From positions 13,938,363 to 14,002,362 of the forward strand of contig NC_057720.1 of the NCBI RefSeq assembly GCF_004010195.1: a DNA stretch of 64,000 nt, written 5' to 3'. Every line of letters starts with the position of its first letter. The stretch's first letter is position 1. Shown here in pieces: positions 62,376-64,000 of this stretch. The DNA comes from Chiloscyllium plagiosum (Eukaryota). The notes beneath the pieces were generated by a model that searched no databases, was not told the DNA's origin, and saw only the letters and a list, made by a program, of their open reading frames with translations. Position numbers and translations under genes: made by a program.

Positions 62376-64000
62376 ACCTTCCCGTCAAGCGTGGCTCCAT
62401 GTTTTCTTAACGTCTCTGGGATTTCTGGAAGGTGGTTTGGTCTCTGGGCCATAATGAGTTCCCATAACAGGTCCAGCAGATATCCCAGGTGTCTACGGCT
62501 CTGTAGCCGCTGCCCCACCAGCTTCACCATGAGTCCCACTCCAGCCTCCTCTGTGATGACATCTCCTCCGCAGGCAAATGAGAACCAAATGAATAAAAAG
62601 ATAAAGAAAGAACACAAAAAGGAAAGTGAAAAAAGAATCCAGCCGACTTGGAGTGGCTGGGCTCAGGAGTCCACGTGCTACCTACCTACCCAGCACAGCC
62701 ATCTTGGTTGGATGAAAAGGATGAATGTTATTCCCCTGATGTCTTGTCCAAATGTTCGTCCCCCAACCAACGTCATTAGCATAGATCACCTTACTGTTTT
62801 GTGGGAGTTTGCTGTACAGAAATTGTCTGTTGTCCTTCCCATCGTCACAGTAAATGGTGAGCCAGGGCTCAGAGCTAATATAATCCAGGGGTCAGGCTAA
62901 TGGATGAGGACATAGGTTAAATTCCCAACCTGGCAACTGCTGGACTTTGAATGCGGTTAATTAAGAAAACAAAGTCTGTGAAACTATCATTGAGTGTTGT
63001 AAAAGCCTATCAGGTTCACCAGTGTCCACCATGCTTCATTGAATCTGGTTTACATGTTTACACAGTTAAGTGGTACAGTCTAAACTGCTCTCAAAGGGAC
63101 AACTCAGCACAGCCATAACAATGACGCTCAGGCCCCATCAACAGCTGCACTTTGAATGTAGTTCTTTGGTTGTGAAGCCCTTTAGGGAAAGCTTGAAATC
63201 ATGAAAGAGACATCTATAGCTGAGGTGCATGGTCAAAATGACTCCAAAACAATTTCCAACTGTCCAACTATTACTTGTTTACTCATTTGTTAGAATTTAA
63301 CACATTACGGGGTTTCTGACCTGACCACAGGAAGAGCTGGTGGGGAGCACAACCTTGTGGATACCAGCTGTCCCCCAGCAGGATGCAGAATTTCGATGTA
63401 ACTATTGGTTAATCTGATTAAACTGGAGCTCCAGCAGTGTCAAAAGAAGCACTGGACATTTCTAGGACTACAGGCATTTGCGTGAGGCTATGTTCCCCAA
63501 GCCCACATGGAGGTGAGTACAGAGTGTATCACTGCAGGGATCAAGGTGAAGCCTTGTGGATGGAGGGGCAAGGAGGATATTTTCTCTATCGAAAGACTGG
63601 GAGGGGGGATAGATCCCTCATGGGAAGGGGATGGTGGGCTGACCATGTCAGGAAGCAATGCAGAGAATGGAAAGGGCGGACCCCACTTTCCCAAACTATG
63701 CTACAAGACAGTTAGTGCCTGAAAGAATTAAAGGCATCACAGGATAAGCTCCACATATCATGATCTAAAGGACTGCTTTGGGAAGGAGCCAGCCAGTTAT
63801 TCAGTTGTATCTACGTTCTGCACAGAATGTTCCAGAATGTGTGCTTACTTTGGAGAATAAACCGAGCTCTTACCAAGGGCTCTCGTGTAGTTCAGATTTT
63901 ATGTAACTAGATATTAAGTAATATGTAACAAACACATTCCATTTATTAAATCTGAGGCTATCTTCTGTTGGTGAGCATGTGTGGGCATTCTTTCTCATTT

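Noticed and set aside
62391..62900. 169-aa plus-strand ORF
   Set aside because: Crosses low-complexity purine tract and SINE fragments; no domain

Overview
This is eukaryotic, repeat-dense DNA, most consistent with an intergenic or intronic region of an elasmobranch (shark) genome. That assignment is inferred from HE1-type SINEs and their CR1/HER1-type partner LINEs. I could not identify any intact host protein-coding gene, tRNA/rRNA gene or CRISPR array, and the ORF track is almost entirely decayed transposon sequence or noise. The window holds many 5'-truncated CR1 LINEs, fragments of RTE and Rex1/Babar LINEs, three tRNA-derived SINE families, solo LTRs, DNA-transposon MITEs and a decayed Gypsy element with the unusual protease-then-integrase (Gmr1-like) order. 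It also holds many Penelope-like element (PLE) remnants. The most notable signal is about 20 copies, in three sequence families, of a minimal type-I hammerhead ribozyme motif (CUGAnGA-A-stem II-GAAA-palindromic stem III-NUH) in the PLE termini. These often occur as short TSD-flanked or inverted head-to-head inserts. PLE hammerheads are a known class, so any novelty would lie in the specific families and short-element architecture. Other oddities are a triple perfect-hairpin cluster in an LTR, templated local duplications and inversions, repeat-free CNE-like islands and a few candidate micro-exons. Repeat boundaries are by eye and approximate.
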